Shown here in pieces: positions 10,701 through 19,541 of a stretch of 36,836 nt of DNA. Within the stretch, counting starts at the first letter, position 1; every line of letters begins with the position of its first letter. Source of the DNA: Polyangiales bacterium (GTDB lineage Bacteria; Myxococcota_A; Polyangia; Polyangiales; Houyiibacteriaceae); NCBI GenBank assembly GCA_045106895.1, contig JBGCFM010000264.1:1-36836 (forward strand), written 5' to 3'. A program made the translations under genes and the position numbers. The notes under the pieces were generated by a model. That model saw only the letters and a program-made list of their open reading frames with translations, ran no database searches and had not been told where the DNA came from.

Positions 10701-11294
10701 GGCACAGCCCCACCGATCGTTGGGATGTCCCCGCCCCCGAGGCCAACCTCGCCCTCGGGCGCGAGAGAACAGGTCACCGCGTCGCCATCGGGGTCGCTTG
10801 CCGGGAAGAAGATGCTGGCTGCAGCATCGATGGGAAGCTGAATCAACGATGGAGCGCCACTGGCGGGTCCGCCAAGATTGCTGCCTCGCAGGTCCACCGT
10901 CGTTTCAACGCGCCAGTTTCCGTCGGCGCCATTTTGCAGATTGCTGACTCGACAACAGCTTCCCCAAGATGCCAAGAAGGGGCCGTCCGAGGCATAGGTG
11001 TGAGTGATGGTGTGCTCGGAGACCTCAAACTGGTTTCCGCTCGAGTCCGTGCCGGTACCGACGATGTTGACCGCGCTTGTTGTGCTCGCGCCGTCGCCGA
11101 ATGCCCACGAGATGGAGCCAGCCCGGTTGAGGGCCCAACCGACGCGGATCACGAACGTGACGGTACGCGGCGCGCTCACTGGGTCGGAGACCGACCATGT
11201 CACCGTGCCTGATCGGTAGTGAGACGCGTAGGCGGTGCTACTCGTAGCGGCTAGACACCACCGCTAGCGATATATTTCGTAGGAATCGACTCAT
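7775..11294 (-). CDS. Large Cys-rich surface protein with MYXO-CTERM sorting signal; apparent frameshift in the signal peptide at about 11251-11263
   Basis: Main frame is open 7775 to 11263. C-terminus GGGCSTTTSGSSQTLWWALVGFAFLARRRRR is MYXO-CTERM-like. Contains nine CGDG..Q.G.E.CDD repeats and eleven CxDGxxNGxETxVDCGG repeats. ATG 11294 (SD-like AAGGGTG) is in another frame and gives MSRFLRNISLAV, which joins CLAATSSTAYA-SHYRSGTVTW only via a frameshift. Confidence 0.8.
9425..10249 (-). repeat. Tandem 90-93 bp repeats (30-31 aa myxobacterial cysteine-rich repeat, DUF4215-like), 9 units
   Basis: CGCCGCAG anchor recurs at 9598, 9691, 9784 and 9877 (93-bp period), with high nucleotide identity among the central copies. 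Confidence 0.9.
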
Positions 11295-11532
11295 CTGTTC
11301 ACCCTTAGCTCAGCAAATTTCACCGCTCCTTCGTGAAGCGGCAGGTTCTCCACTGGTTCAACGGCCGCGCACAGGAACGCTTTAAGCAGGCAACGCGCTT
11401 TTCTTCCGGTTCGCGGCGCGTGTCACCCCCTATGTCCGCCAAACTTGTCCCGGATGGCGCGACAAACTTGCCGCGAAGGAACGCGCTTCGACGGCGGCGA
11501 GCGCAACGGTGCGAGCGGGTTTTCTTTGTGCT

Positions 11533-13968
11533 CTAAGCCAGGGGCTGCGTTCGACCGAGTCGGTGAATTTTGAGCGACGGCGCTAGGCGGTAGCCTTGAT
11601 CGCTTCGCTCGATCCACTGCTTGAGCCCACGCTTCCGGAGCCGCGAGAGCGCGACGTGAATACGATTCTTCGCAGCCTCCGGGCGCATCTGTTCGCCGGG
11701 CCAAGCGGCTGCCTGAAGATCGGCGAGCTGCAGGCCCTCCCGGTGCTCAACGAGGCGTTCGAGAATCCGGCGTGCCGGCGTCTGACGCCGAAGGTCTTGC
11801 CACTCGCCGCCGTCCACACGGAAGAAGCGAGACTCGATGCATACAACGAGGGCGTCGTCGGGGACTTCGCCTTCGTCGCGATCGATGAGGCCAAGGCGCG
11901 CTTCCAAGATACGCCGTGCCGCACGCGCGTCGTCGGAGAGACGCCAAGCGACGTCTCCTTTCAGCACCGCGTCGATGCGGCGATGGCATTCTGCGAGGTG
12001 ACGTCCGCGCTCGTCCGGGCTCTGCTCCGCCCGGGCCAATGAAATGAACGCCAGGTGCAGGTCGACGACGCAGCCGAGGAGAGGGTCGCCTAGGTCACGC
12101 GCCCAGCTCGCCGCCTCCTCGATGTCGCGCGACGCGCTCGCCAACTCACCGGTGAGCGCGCGCGCGGCTCCGAGGCGAGCGAGACAGATCGCCGTCGAGC
12201 GCGCATCACCAATACGGCGTAGGGGAAGCAGCGCCGCCTCTTGATGCGCGAGTGCACCTGCGGGGTCGTTGCGCTCAAGAAAAAGCTGACCGAGGTTCCC
12301 GCGATGGATCGCACCGATGTAGACCTCCCCTGCGCTGTTGAGGTCTTCCTGGGCGAGAAGCAAGGTCTCTTGGGCGAGGGCGAGGTCGCCTCGCTCTTGA
12401 TAGAGCAACCCAAGGTTGGAGCGCACGACGCCAAGGAGGCGTTGGTCTCCCGTCACGCCGAGGGCGATGAGTGCGTCGCGGTAGGCCCCCTCTGCGGCGT
12501 CCAGATCCCCTCGGTCATGGGCGATGGCGCCGAGATTTGCGTGGGCGCGCCCTTCGGTGCGGCGTGAAGGCGCGAGGGCCAAGGTCCGCCGGTAGAGCTC
12601 TTCGGCGCCGTCGAGGTTGCGACGCGCGTGACGAACGAGGGCAACCTCGATGAGGAGGTGTGAGCGAACCTCGTTCGGCAACTCGTCCTCGTAGGTAAGA
12701 GCTCGCGTCGCAGCCGCCTCCGCATCTTCAAGGCGGCCCTGCATGCGCAGCCCGCTGGCCTCGGCGATGCGAAGACGTGTTCGAAGATCCACATGGGCGC
12801 CGGCGAGCACCCGAAGCCCCTCCTCCATCATCCCCTGGAGCTGGGCGGCGGGCCCTTCCGAAACCAGGAGCCGACCGGCGCCGATGAGCACCCAGGCCGC
12901 TTGGTTTTCTTCGAGAGACGATCGCCCCTCGACGACGCGCTGGGCGGCGGCGCGAATATCGATGCGCAATGGAACGACGCCAGTCTCCTCACGTTGCGCC
13001 TGCCCCGCGAGGAAGCGGTCGAGGCGCCCCGTCGCGATGGCGCTCGCTTCGGGGTCCTGATCCGACGCAAACTCGCGAACGGCATCGAAGAGTTCGAGTC
13101 GCCCGTCGGGCAGGACGCGGACAAAGCTCTTGTCCGCGAGGGAGCGCAGCGTGCCTGAGGCCTTCGCCCCGGTGCTCAGCACACGCATCGCCGCCTCAAC
13201 GGAGAATGCGCTCGCGAAAGCCGCGGCCTCGACGAGACACGCCTGTTCGGCTTCCTCCAGCATGGCCCAAGACCATGCGATGGCTCCGCGCAACGTCGCG
13301 TGACGCTCATGTCCGTCGCGAAAGCCGCCGCCGAGCAGGTCCAGACGCTGGCCCGTGGGCCGTCCAAAGAAGGGCGCCCGGGCTGCGGCGAGTTCAATGG
13401 CGAGGGGGATGCCCTCAAGCCAGGCGCACCACTCACTCAACTCTCCCGGAGCCACGGTACTCCCGGGACGAATATGAGACACGCGCTGGGCAAAGAGGAC
13501 AGCCGCCTCCGATTCATCTCCTCCCTCGAGGGAGAGGGGGCCGAGCTCAAGGGAACGTTCCGATCGAATGCGCAGGCGCTCTCGACTTGTTGTCAGCGCC
13601 CGCATGCTCGGTGCGCTCTTTCGCCAAGCTCCGAGGAGAGAGGCGACGTCCGCAAGAACATGGTCCGCGTCATCGAAGACGAGGAGCGGCTGTTGACGAG
13701 CGCTGAGAGCGCGGGCGACATCTTCGGCGCCGGCGCTTGAGCTCAGCCCGAGGGCCCGAGCCACGAGCGATATGCAGCCTTCCGCGTCTCGTTCGTGGCT
13801 GAGATCGAATGAGTAGCCTTCCCCGGCCCATCCCGCGGCGACCTCGGCGGCGAGGCGGCTCTTTCCAATGCCCGCCGCTCCCACGATGGTGACGATGGGA
13901 CCTTCGGAGAGCCAATCACGCACCCGCGCCAGCTCCTCCCTACGCCCAACGAAGCTCATTCCGCTCAT
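11533..13968 (-). CDS. STAND/NB-ARC-like ATPase-TPR protein with C-terminal winged-helix DNA-binding domain
   Basis: Walker A GAAGIGKS, Walker B LLVFDDAD, TTSRERL, LEGIPLAIELAA (GxP motif), TPR-like repeats (NLGAIAHDRGDLDAA, NLGLLYQERGDL), and OmpR-like AWPGE...NRIHVALSRLRK...GYRL. Confidence 0.88.
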   Translation of the reverse strand: MSGMSFVGRREELARVRDWLSEGPIVTIVGAAGIGKSRLAAEVAAGWAGEGYSFDLSHERDAEGCISLVARALGLSSSAGAEDVARALSARQQPLLVFDDADHVLADVASLLGAWRKSAPSMRALTTSRERLRIRSERSLELGPLSLEGGDESEAAVLFAQRVSHIRPGSTVAPGELSEWCAWLEGIPLAIELAAARAPFFGRPTGQRLDLLGGGFRDGHERHATLRGAIAWSWAMLEEAEQACLVEAAAFASAFSVEAAMRVLSTGAKASGTLRSLADKSFVRVLPDGRLELFDAVREFASDQDPEASAIATGRLDRFLAGQAQREETGVVPLRIDIRAAAQRVVEGRSSLEENQAAWVLIGAGRLLVSEGPAAQLQGMMEEGLRVLAGAHVDLRTRLRIAEASGLRMQGRLEDAEAAATRALTYEDELPNEVRSHLLIEVALVRHARRNLDGAEELYRRTLALAPSRRTEGRAHANLGAIAHDRGDLDAAEGAYRDALIALGVTGDQRLLGVVRSNLGLLYQERGDLALAQETLLLAQEDLNSAGEVYIGAIHRGNLGQLFLERNDPAGALAHQEAALLPLRRIGDARSTAICLARLGAARALTGELASASRDIEEAASWARDLGDPLLGCVVDLHLAFISLARAEQSPDERGRHLAECHRRIDAVLKGDVAWRLSDDARAARRILEARLGLIDRDEGEVPDDALVVCIESRFFRVDGGEWQDLRRQTPARRILERLVEHREGLQLADLQAAAWPGEQMRPEAAKNRIHVALSRLRKRGLKQWIERSDQGYRLAPSLKIHRLGRTQPLA

Positions 13969-13989
13969 AGACCCGTCTTCACAAGGGCG

Positions 13990-14556
13990 TCAGATGCCCG
14001 TCAGGCGAGGCAAGATCAGTTCCTGCTCACCGGTGCCATCATCAAAGCGTACTCGAAGATCGTCGCCAAGGACTTCGGGAGGAAGGACCGGAGTTACCTG
14101 GAAGAAGGGCCCAAGGGCCCCGCAGAAGTGAGCGCCCTGGAAACGCAGCGCGCCGGCCTCTTCAAAAGCGATGAGCGCCGTGCGGCATTCTCCATCGATG
14201 AGGGCGAAGAAGCCCGCATCTTCTCCGGCGGCGATCTCCTCCAGTTGGAGGTCTTGAGGACCGTCCATTCCGACAAAGCTGCCCTGAACCCGCTCGCCCT
14301 CGCGCGTGGCGACGACACTAAAGGGTCCGTCCGTCGCCTCAACGGTGCCGGACGCCGTGTTGCCGATGAGCCAAGCGGTGGACTCCGGCAAGGTCTCGTC
14401 GACGCCACACGTATAGATGAGCACGCGGTCCGGCTGCCACACAGAGGCCGCAAAAATACGACCGCCGTCCAGGGTTCCAACGAACACGCCGCTGCCCTCA
14501 GGAACGGTATCCGCAGCGCAGCTGGCGAGGAGGAGCGCTAAAGCAAAGGCTCGCAT
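13990..14556 (-). CDS. Hypothetical lipoprotein
   Basis: MRAFALALLLAS-C lipobox and a beta-rich body. Stops 21 bp before the STAND regulator on the same strand. Confidence 0.8.
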   Translation of the reverse strand: MRAFALALLLASCAADTVPEGSGVFVGTLDGGRIFAASVWQPDRVLIYTCGVDETLPESTAWLIGNTASGTVEATDGPFSVVATREGERVQGSFVGMDGPQDLQLEEIAAGEDAGFFALIDGECRTALIAFEEAGALRFQGAHFCGALGPFFQVTPVLPPEVLGDDLRVRFDDGTGEQELILPRLTGI

Positions 14557-14604
14557 GAGTGGAACCTACCGAGGGGAAAGTCATGGGGCAAGGAAGGCTC
14601 GCTC

Positions 14605-14655
14605 TAAGGGCGAAACGCCTTCGTCGCTTAAGAGACAAATAAGAGGCTGTAAGTG
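14605..14655 (+). promoter_or_regulatory. Putative direct-repeat operator (TAAG(A/G/T)G x4) in a divergent promoter
   Basis: TAAGGG 14605, TAAGAG 14629, TAAGAG 14640, TAAGTG 14650. The last three are 11 and 10 bp apart. Confidence 0.45.
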
Positions 14656-14677
14656 GTCTAGGCGCCACGCTGAACGC

Positions 14678-17062
14678 ATGAAAACCCTCTTCACGCGTAC
14701 CTCTTCTCTTGTACTTACGCTTCCCCTCGCCCTCGCCCTCGCGTGCGGAGACGACGCAGCTCCGCCGGACGGTGGCGCTATCGATAGCGGTGGCGCCGAC
14801 GGAGGCGGCACGGATGTCCAGCCCCCGGAAGACGCAGGGCCCGCGATCACAGCCCAGCGACCCAGTCGAAGCGCGAGCATCGCCGTAGACGAGGCCGGCA
14901 ACACCATCGCGAACGCGAACCGCGCGACCGGCGATGTGACATTCTTTGATGGAGAGACACGCGCCGAACGTGCACGCATCAGTGTCGGGGCCGAGCCGAG
15001 CGCCCTGGTGTTCCACCCAGACGGGAATCGCCTCTTCGTTCTCAACGCCGCGGATGGAACCGTCACGGAGGTTGTGGGCGCCGGCGGAGACTCTCCCACG
15101 GTCCGCGCCACCTACAACGTCGGCCCCGAGCCCATGGGCGCCGCCCTGTCTCCGAGCGGCGGCCTGCTCTACGTCTCAAGTTGGACCAGCGGCAGCCTGC
15201 ACATCATCAACACGGACGACGGCAACGTGTCCCGTGTTTCGCTTGGGGGAGCCCCCTACGCCGTCTGCGTCACCAACGACGGGGACGACGACGACGCGGA
15301 CGAGAGCGTATATGTCACGGACTTCTACTCCCGCCCCGGCACAGGCCGCGAGGGCACGGACGGGTCGCGAACTGGCCGTATCTTCCGCCTGAACGCCGCC
15401 GGTGAATCCCAAGGCGATATCACGCTCTCTCCTGTCGAAGTCACGGGCATCGAAGAAGCCATCGACGCCGCGGCCACCGAGGCTTTCCCGAACCAGCTCT
15501 ACGCCTGCGCCATCGCGGGGGAACACTTGTACGTAACAGCCGTCGGCGCCTCTCCTGCGGCGTTCGAAAACGGCACGGACTTTCGTCAGAACGTTCACGG
15601 CCTCGTTCACGCCGTGAGCCTCGATACAAACGCAGAGGTCCCGGAACGCACGGTCAACTTGAGCGAACTCGTCGCGGCCCTCGACGCCCCGAAACGCTTC
15701 GTGGCGGTGCCCGTAAGCATCGAGTTCGTCGAAGGGACAGAGTTCGCCTACATCGCATCCATGAGCAGCGACTCGGTGTTGCGCATCGACTACGAAGCGA
15801 CGCCTCCCCGGGCCGGCTCACCCAGCGGCGCAAGCTTCTTGCCAACGGCACAGCAGCCGACGGGCATCGCCATTCGCGGCAGCGAAGCGTTCGTGAACAA
15901 CGAAGTCAGCCGCTCCATCACGCGCATTGACCTCGCCACCCAGGACACCGTCGATATGTCCATCGAGTCCGCGCCTTCACCAACGGACGCATCGGAGCAA
16001 GAAGAGCTCCTCGGTCAGCGCTTCTTCACGACGGGTCTGGCGCGTTGGTCGAACAACGGCTGGGTCGCGTGCGTGGCCTGTCACCCCGGCGGCACCACCG
16101 ACAACGTCACCTGGGTCTTCCCCGCGGGGCCACGTCAGACCGTCGACACGAGCGCCACGTTCGATGAGAGCGGCAGCATTCAGCGCATCCTCAACTGGAC
16201 GGCGATCTTCGACGAGGTCCACGACTTCGAACTCAACACACGCGCCGTCGCGGGCGGCGTCGGCGCCATCGTAAGCGACTCCGGCCTCGACGTCGCCAAC
16301 CGCATCAACTTCGTCGGCGAGGGCGGCGTGGCGGACCCTGAGAACGGCTTCAACGTCGGTTCCTCCGCCGCCGTCGCTGCGACAGGCTCGCAGCCCGAGG
16401 ACTGGGACGCCATCGAGGCCTACATCGCCACGATTCGTTCCCCTCATGGGTCCGACGAAGGGGACGTAGCTGCGGGTCGCGCCGTCTTCGAGATGGCTAG
16501 CTGCCAGAACTGCCACGGTGGAGAACTGTGGACCTTGAGCGAGCGCTACTTCGTACCGGTTCTCGACGGTGATGCGCGTGACGTCACCCTCGAAAGCGCC
16601 GGCGTCGCATCGATTGGAGCCGTCCGACCCGACCAGGTTCTGAGCAACGACACCGGCAGCATGAACGTCCTTCAGAACGACGCGAATGGCCCCCCCCAGC
16701 GACACACCTGTGTCGTGCGAAACGTCGGCACCTTCGCCGCGGGAGCGGATGGGCGCGGTGCTGAAGAGCTGCGACAGAACGGCGGCAACGCCCAAGGCGT
16801 CGACGGCTTCAACGTGCCCTCCCTCATCAACATCGGCATGGGCGCTCCGTACCTCCACAACGGCGCGGCGGAGACGCTGGAGGAGCTGCTGAGCCCAGAC
16901 GGCGAGTTCGCATCGCACCTTCGTGCTGGCAACCAGGTCTTCACACCGAACGCCGAGGACATCCGCAACCTTGCGGCCTTCCTTCGGAGCATCGACGACG
17001 AAACAGAGACCATCCCGCTGACGGATGGCCACTCCTTCTGCCCCCGAGGCTTCACTCCCTAA
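14678..17062 (+). CDS. Lipoprotein: YVTN-type beta-propeller fused to a di-heme cytochrome c (bCcP/MauG superfamily-like) domain
   Basis: Start ATG 14678 with lipobox LALA-C. Blades VGAEPSALVFHPDGNRLFV and VGPEPMGAALSPSGGLLYV. Heme motifs CVACH and CQNCH, plus GFNVPSL....APYLHNG. Confidence 0.85.
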   Translation: MKTLFTRTSSLVLTLPLALALACGDDAAPPDGGAIDSGGADGGGTDVQPPEDAGPAITAQRPSRSASIAVDEAGNTIANANRATGDVTFFDGETRAERARISVGAEPSALVFHPDGNRLFVLNAADGTVTEVVGAGGDSPTVRATYNVGPEPMGAALSPSGGLLYVSSWTSGSLHIINTDDGNVSRVSLGGAPYAVCVTNDGDDDDADESVYVTDFYSRPGTGREGTDGSRTGRIFRLNAAGESQGDITLSPVEVTGIEEAIDAAATEAFPNQLYACAIAGEHLYVTAVGASPAAFENGTDFRQNVHGLVHAVSLDTNAEVPERTVNLSELVAALDAPKRFVAVPVSIEFVEGTEFAYIASMSSDSVLRIDYEATPPRAGSPSGASFLPTAQQPTGIAIRGSEAFVNNEVSRSITRIDLATQDTVDMSIESAPSPTDASEQEELLGQRFFTTGLARWSNNGWVACVACHPGGTTDNVTWVFPAGPRQTVDTSATFDESGSIQRILNWTAIFDEVHDFELNTRAVAGGVGAIVSDSGLDVANRINFVGEGGVADPENGFNVGSSAAVAATGSQPEDWDAIEAYIATIRSPHGSDEGDVAAGRAVFEMASCQNCHGGELWTLSERYFVPVLDGDARDVTLESAGVASIGAVRPDQVLSNDTGSMNVLQNDANGPPQRHTCVVRNVGTFAAGADGRGAEELRQNGGNAQGVDGFNVPSLINIGMGAPYLHNGAAETLEELLSPDGEFASHLRAGNQVFTPNAEDIRNLAAFLRSIDDETETIPLTDGHSFCPRGFTP

Positions 17063-17106
17063 GGCGAACCGCGACGCGGCTCACTCCTGCGCCGTTTCTC
17101 TCACCG

Positions 17107-17178
17107 CTGGTCTGCTGGGCGCCCGCCCGTTCACTCTGAATGGGGAGGGACGGACGCCCCGCAGGCCAGTTTCTTTTT
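17107..17178 (+). terminator. Long-stem rho-independent terminator candidate
   Basis: CTGGTCTGC...GCAGGCCAG outer stem with an inner GGGCG/CGCCC stem, followed by TTTCTTTTT, 45 bp after the di-heme gene stop. Confidence 0.6.
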
Positions 17179-17251
17179 GGGCCCGCGTGACTCGCTCGTC
17201 ACGAAGAATGGCCAAGGCTTCCCCGGGCCTTTGGCCTCGAGGTACAAGAGC

Positions 17252-18181
17252 CTAGCGAGACAACGCGGGCGCTGGCTCCGCCACGATGACCCGCTGGCGC
17301 GCGAGATCATAGGTGAGCGTGAACGACGCGAGGAACTCCTTTCCGACGAGGGCGTCGTAGATGATCTCCTGAAACATGACTTCAAGACCCTGGCGACGCT
17401 GCGAAGGTGTCCCCGCGAACGCGACGTCATCGAGGCTCGTGTAGTAGCGCATGTAGCTCTGGCCGGTCTCATCGTGACCCTCGTGGGTTCGCACTTCGGG
17501 GCCGCTCAGATCGACACCGAGGGTCTCGGCGTACCGCATGTCGAGGATGATGGTGCGGCTTCCTGTGTCCATCAGGGCTTCGGCTGGCGCCCCACCAACG
17601 GTGATCGGTATGAAGATATCGAGGGCTGGTCCATGTCGCTGCAGCCGCACCGGTATCGATGAACCATGGGCCTCTCTCTCTGCGAGAGTCTCGGGTGACT
17701 CGAGAATAAGCTGACCTTCTTCGATGGTGAAGGGCACGTTCTCGAAGAACGGTAAGCCGACGAACGCTTCGATTTGGGGTTCCGGAAAGAACCCGTCGAT
17801 GTCGATGACCGCGGCGGGCACGTCGTTTTGAACGACACCTCCGACATCAAGACTCGCGAGTGTCGTGAGGGGAATCGTGATGGCTTGGCCAGACATACGC
17901 CGGCCGGTGAACTCCCCTTCCAGTTCGCACCCAATACGCTCACACAACTCCTGCGAGATGAGCGCAAGACCAATGCCTGTGTCCAAGATGCCGACGGTCA
18001 AAGCGTCGCCGTTTACCCGCACGGGGATCGTATGAAACTGGCCGCTTGCAAGGCCCACAGGAACGGCGCTGCGCGGCAAAGGTTGCGCGGCCTCCAGCGT
18101 GGCCGGCAGCGAAGGCGGAGCGCTGCTCACGGCGCATGCCCCCACGAAGCAAACGAAGAGGGCTCCCGTGCTCATTCGCAT
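17252..18181 (-). CDS. Two-domain retropepsin-like aspartic protease, probable lipoprotein
   Basis: Two catalytic motifs (GILDTGIG, ALMDTGSR), each followed by a hydrophobic-Gly motif (AFVGLPFF, ALVGKEFL). Signal ends FVGA-C. Confidence 0.85.
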   Translation of the reverse strand: MRMSTGALFVCFVGACAVSSAPPSLPATLEAAQPLPRSAVPVGLASGQFHTIPVRVNGDALTVGILDTGIGLALISQELCERIGCELEGEFTGRRMSGQAITIPLTTLASLDVGGVVQNDVPAAVIDIDGFFPEPQIEAFVGLPFFENVPFTIEEGQLILESPETLAEREAHGSSIPVRLQRHGPALDIFIPITVGGAPAEALMDTGSRTIILDMRYAETLGVDLSGPEVRTHEGHDETGQSYMRYYTSLDDVAFAGTPSQRRQGLEVMFQEIIYDALVGKEFLASFTLTYDLARQRVIVAEPAPALSR

Positions 18182-18204
18182 AGTTGTTCCACCATCGCCG
18201 GAGA

Positions 18205-18897
18205 CTAACGCCCCCGCTTCGTCTTCTCAGGCGGAGGCGGCGGCCGAAGCGTGTCCAGGTTGCGAAGCCGCTGCAGCCACGCTCGAAGCAAGGGGCGGCC
18301 CTCTTCGTCCAGACACGCGAGGACGTCCGCCGCGACGGTGGTACCGTGATAGGGACCCGCTTCGTCCGGCAGGTGATCTCGGAGTTCTGCCACCGCGCGT
18401 CGGGTCAGCGCGTCACCACTACGTTCGCCGTACAAACGCGCAGCCATGGCCAGCGCATCGAGACCGGGCGGCGGCGGCATCGTGCTTCGCCGCACGACCT
18501 CCTCTTCCAACTTGCTGCCCTGCTTCTTGCGAAAACGTTCGGCGTGAGGAACCGAGCGACGCAACGCAGCCCTAAGGACCGTGCGAAGGTCTCCGACCTC
18601 TAAGTGCCGGCGAATCTCTTCGGGGACATCCCCCTCGTAGAACGCGAGCGCCGTCATGCACTCGGCGTGTACGCGATCGAAGTCCGCACGCAGCGCGGCG
18701 AGACGGTCTTCGGCACGTTGATGAAGCCGGGCGCGGCCGTCCGGTCGGTCTTCCGCGCGCGCGACGAGGCTCTCGACGAAACGGAAACGAAGCCCATCGA
18801 AGTGCTCAAGGCCGTCTTCACGTGCCTTCGCGAGCTTCACTAGGATGGGCGGCGCGTCGTTCTCAACAGAGGGCCTGTCGCTCGTGTCTTCGCTCAT
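18205..18897 (-). CDS. zorG: DUF2894-like protein (ZorG-like, Zorya type III)
   Basis: N-terminal G..HFDGLRFRFVESLVARA and C-terminal LPDEAGPYHGTTVAADVL...LRAWLQRLRNL resemble DUF2894 (DPVRF.FIEALARRA...PENAGPLNS, from memory). Last gene after the MotB-like gene, 11-bp gap. Confidence 0.72.
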   Translation of the reverse strand: MSEDTSDRPSVENDAPPILVKLAKAREDGLEHFDGLRFRFVESLVARAEDRPDGRARLHQRAEDRLAALRADFDRVHAECMTALAFYEGDVPEEIRRHLEVGDLRTVLRAALRRSVPHAERFRKKQGSKLEEEVVRRSTMPPPPGLDALAMAARLYGERSGDALTRRAVAELRDHLPDEAGPYHGTTVAADVLACLDEEGRPLLRAWLQRLRNLDTLRPPPPPEKTKRGR

Positions 18898-18908
18898 CGC
18901 CGCGCGGC

Positions 18909-19541
18909 TCAGTCGCCCGATCGGGAGGTCAGAGTCTCGAAGAGTGGACGTGGCACAGGCGCGATCTCAACGCGCCGGTTGAGAGCTCTGCCTTCATCCG
19001 TGTCGTTGTCCGCGACAGGGTGATGGGCACCGAAACCAGCAGCAAAGATCGCCTCGTCGTTCAGCCCCGCGCTCACGAGCGTCCGGGTCACGGTCAGAGC
19101 ACGTTCGCTGCTCAGCTCCCAGTTGTCCGCGAAGGTGCCGCCTTGACGAAGCGCGAGGTCGTCGGTGAAGCCGCTGATCATGAGCGCTTCGCCATGCTCG
19201 TCGAGGTAGGAACGGAGCGGCGGTGCGAGTTCGCGCAGAAGCCGAACGCCCTGGGGACGAAGCTCCGCGGAGCTCAGGTCGAAAAGAACAGAACCTCGGA
19301 TGCCGATGCGGCCATCCGTCAAGGTGATGAGACCCGAGGCGAGTGGACCGGCGAGCGCATGTTCGAGCGCCTCCGCGCGCGCGGTTGCCTCTTCACGCTC
19401 CGCTTCGGCGACATGGAGTTCCTCCGTGAGGCTCACCTCCATCAGCACCATCCAGCTGAAGAAGAGGACGAAGATGCCGAAGAGGCACGCCATCAGGTCG
19501 CCAAAAGCCGCCCAGATCGGTGGGCCTTCCTCGCTATGCAT
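18909..19541 (-). CDS. zorB: MotB/OmpA-family peptidoglycan-binding membrane protein (ZorB-like)
   Basis: ATG 19541 overlaps the zorA stop. Single TM helix PIWAAFGDLMACLFGIFVL carries the conserved ion-conducting Asp. OmpA_C motifs GFTDD, NWELSSERALTV and NRRVEI. Confidence 0.85.
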   Translation of the reverse strand: MHSEEGPPIWAAFGDLMACLFGIFVLFFSWMVLMEVSLTEELHVAEAEREEATARAEALEHALAGPLASGLITLTDGRIGIRGSVLFDLSSAELRPQGVRLLRELAPPLRSYLDEHGEALMISGFTDDLALRQGGTFADNWELSSERALTVTRTLVSAGLNDEAIFAAGFGAHHPVADNDTDEGRALNRRVEIAPVPRPLFETLTSRSGD

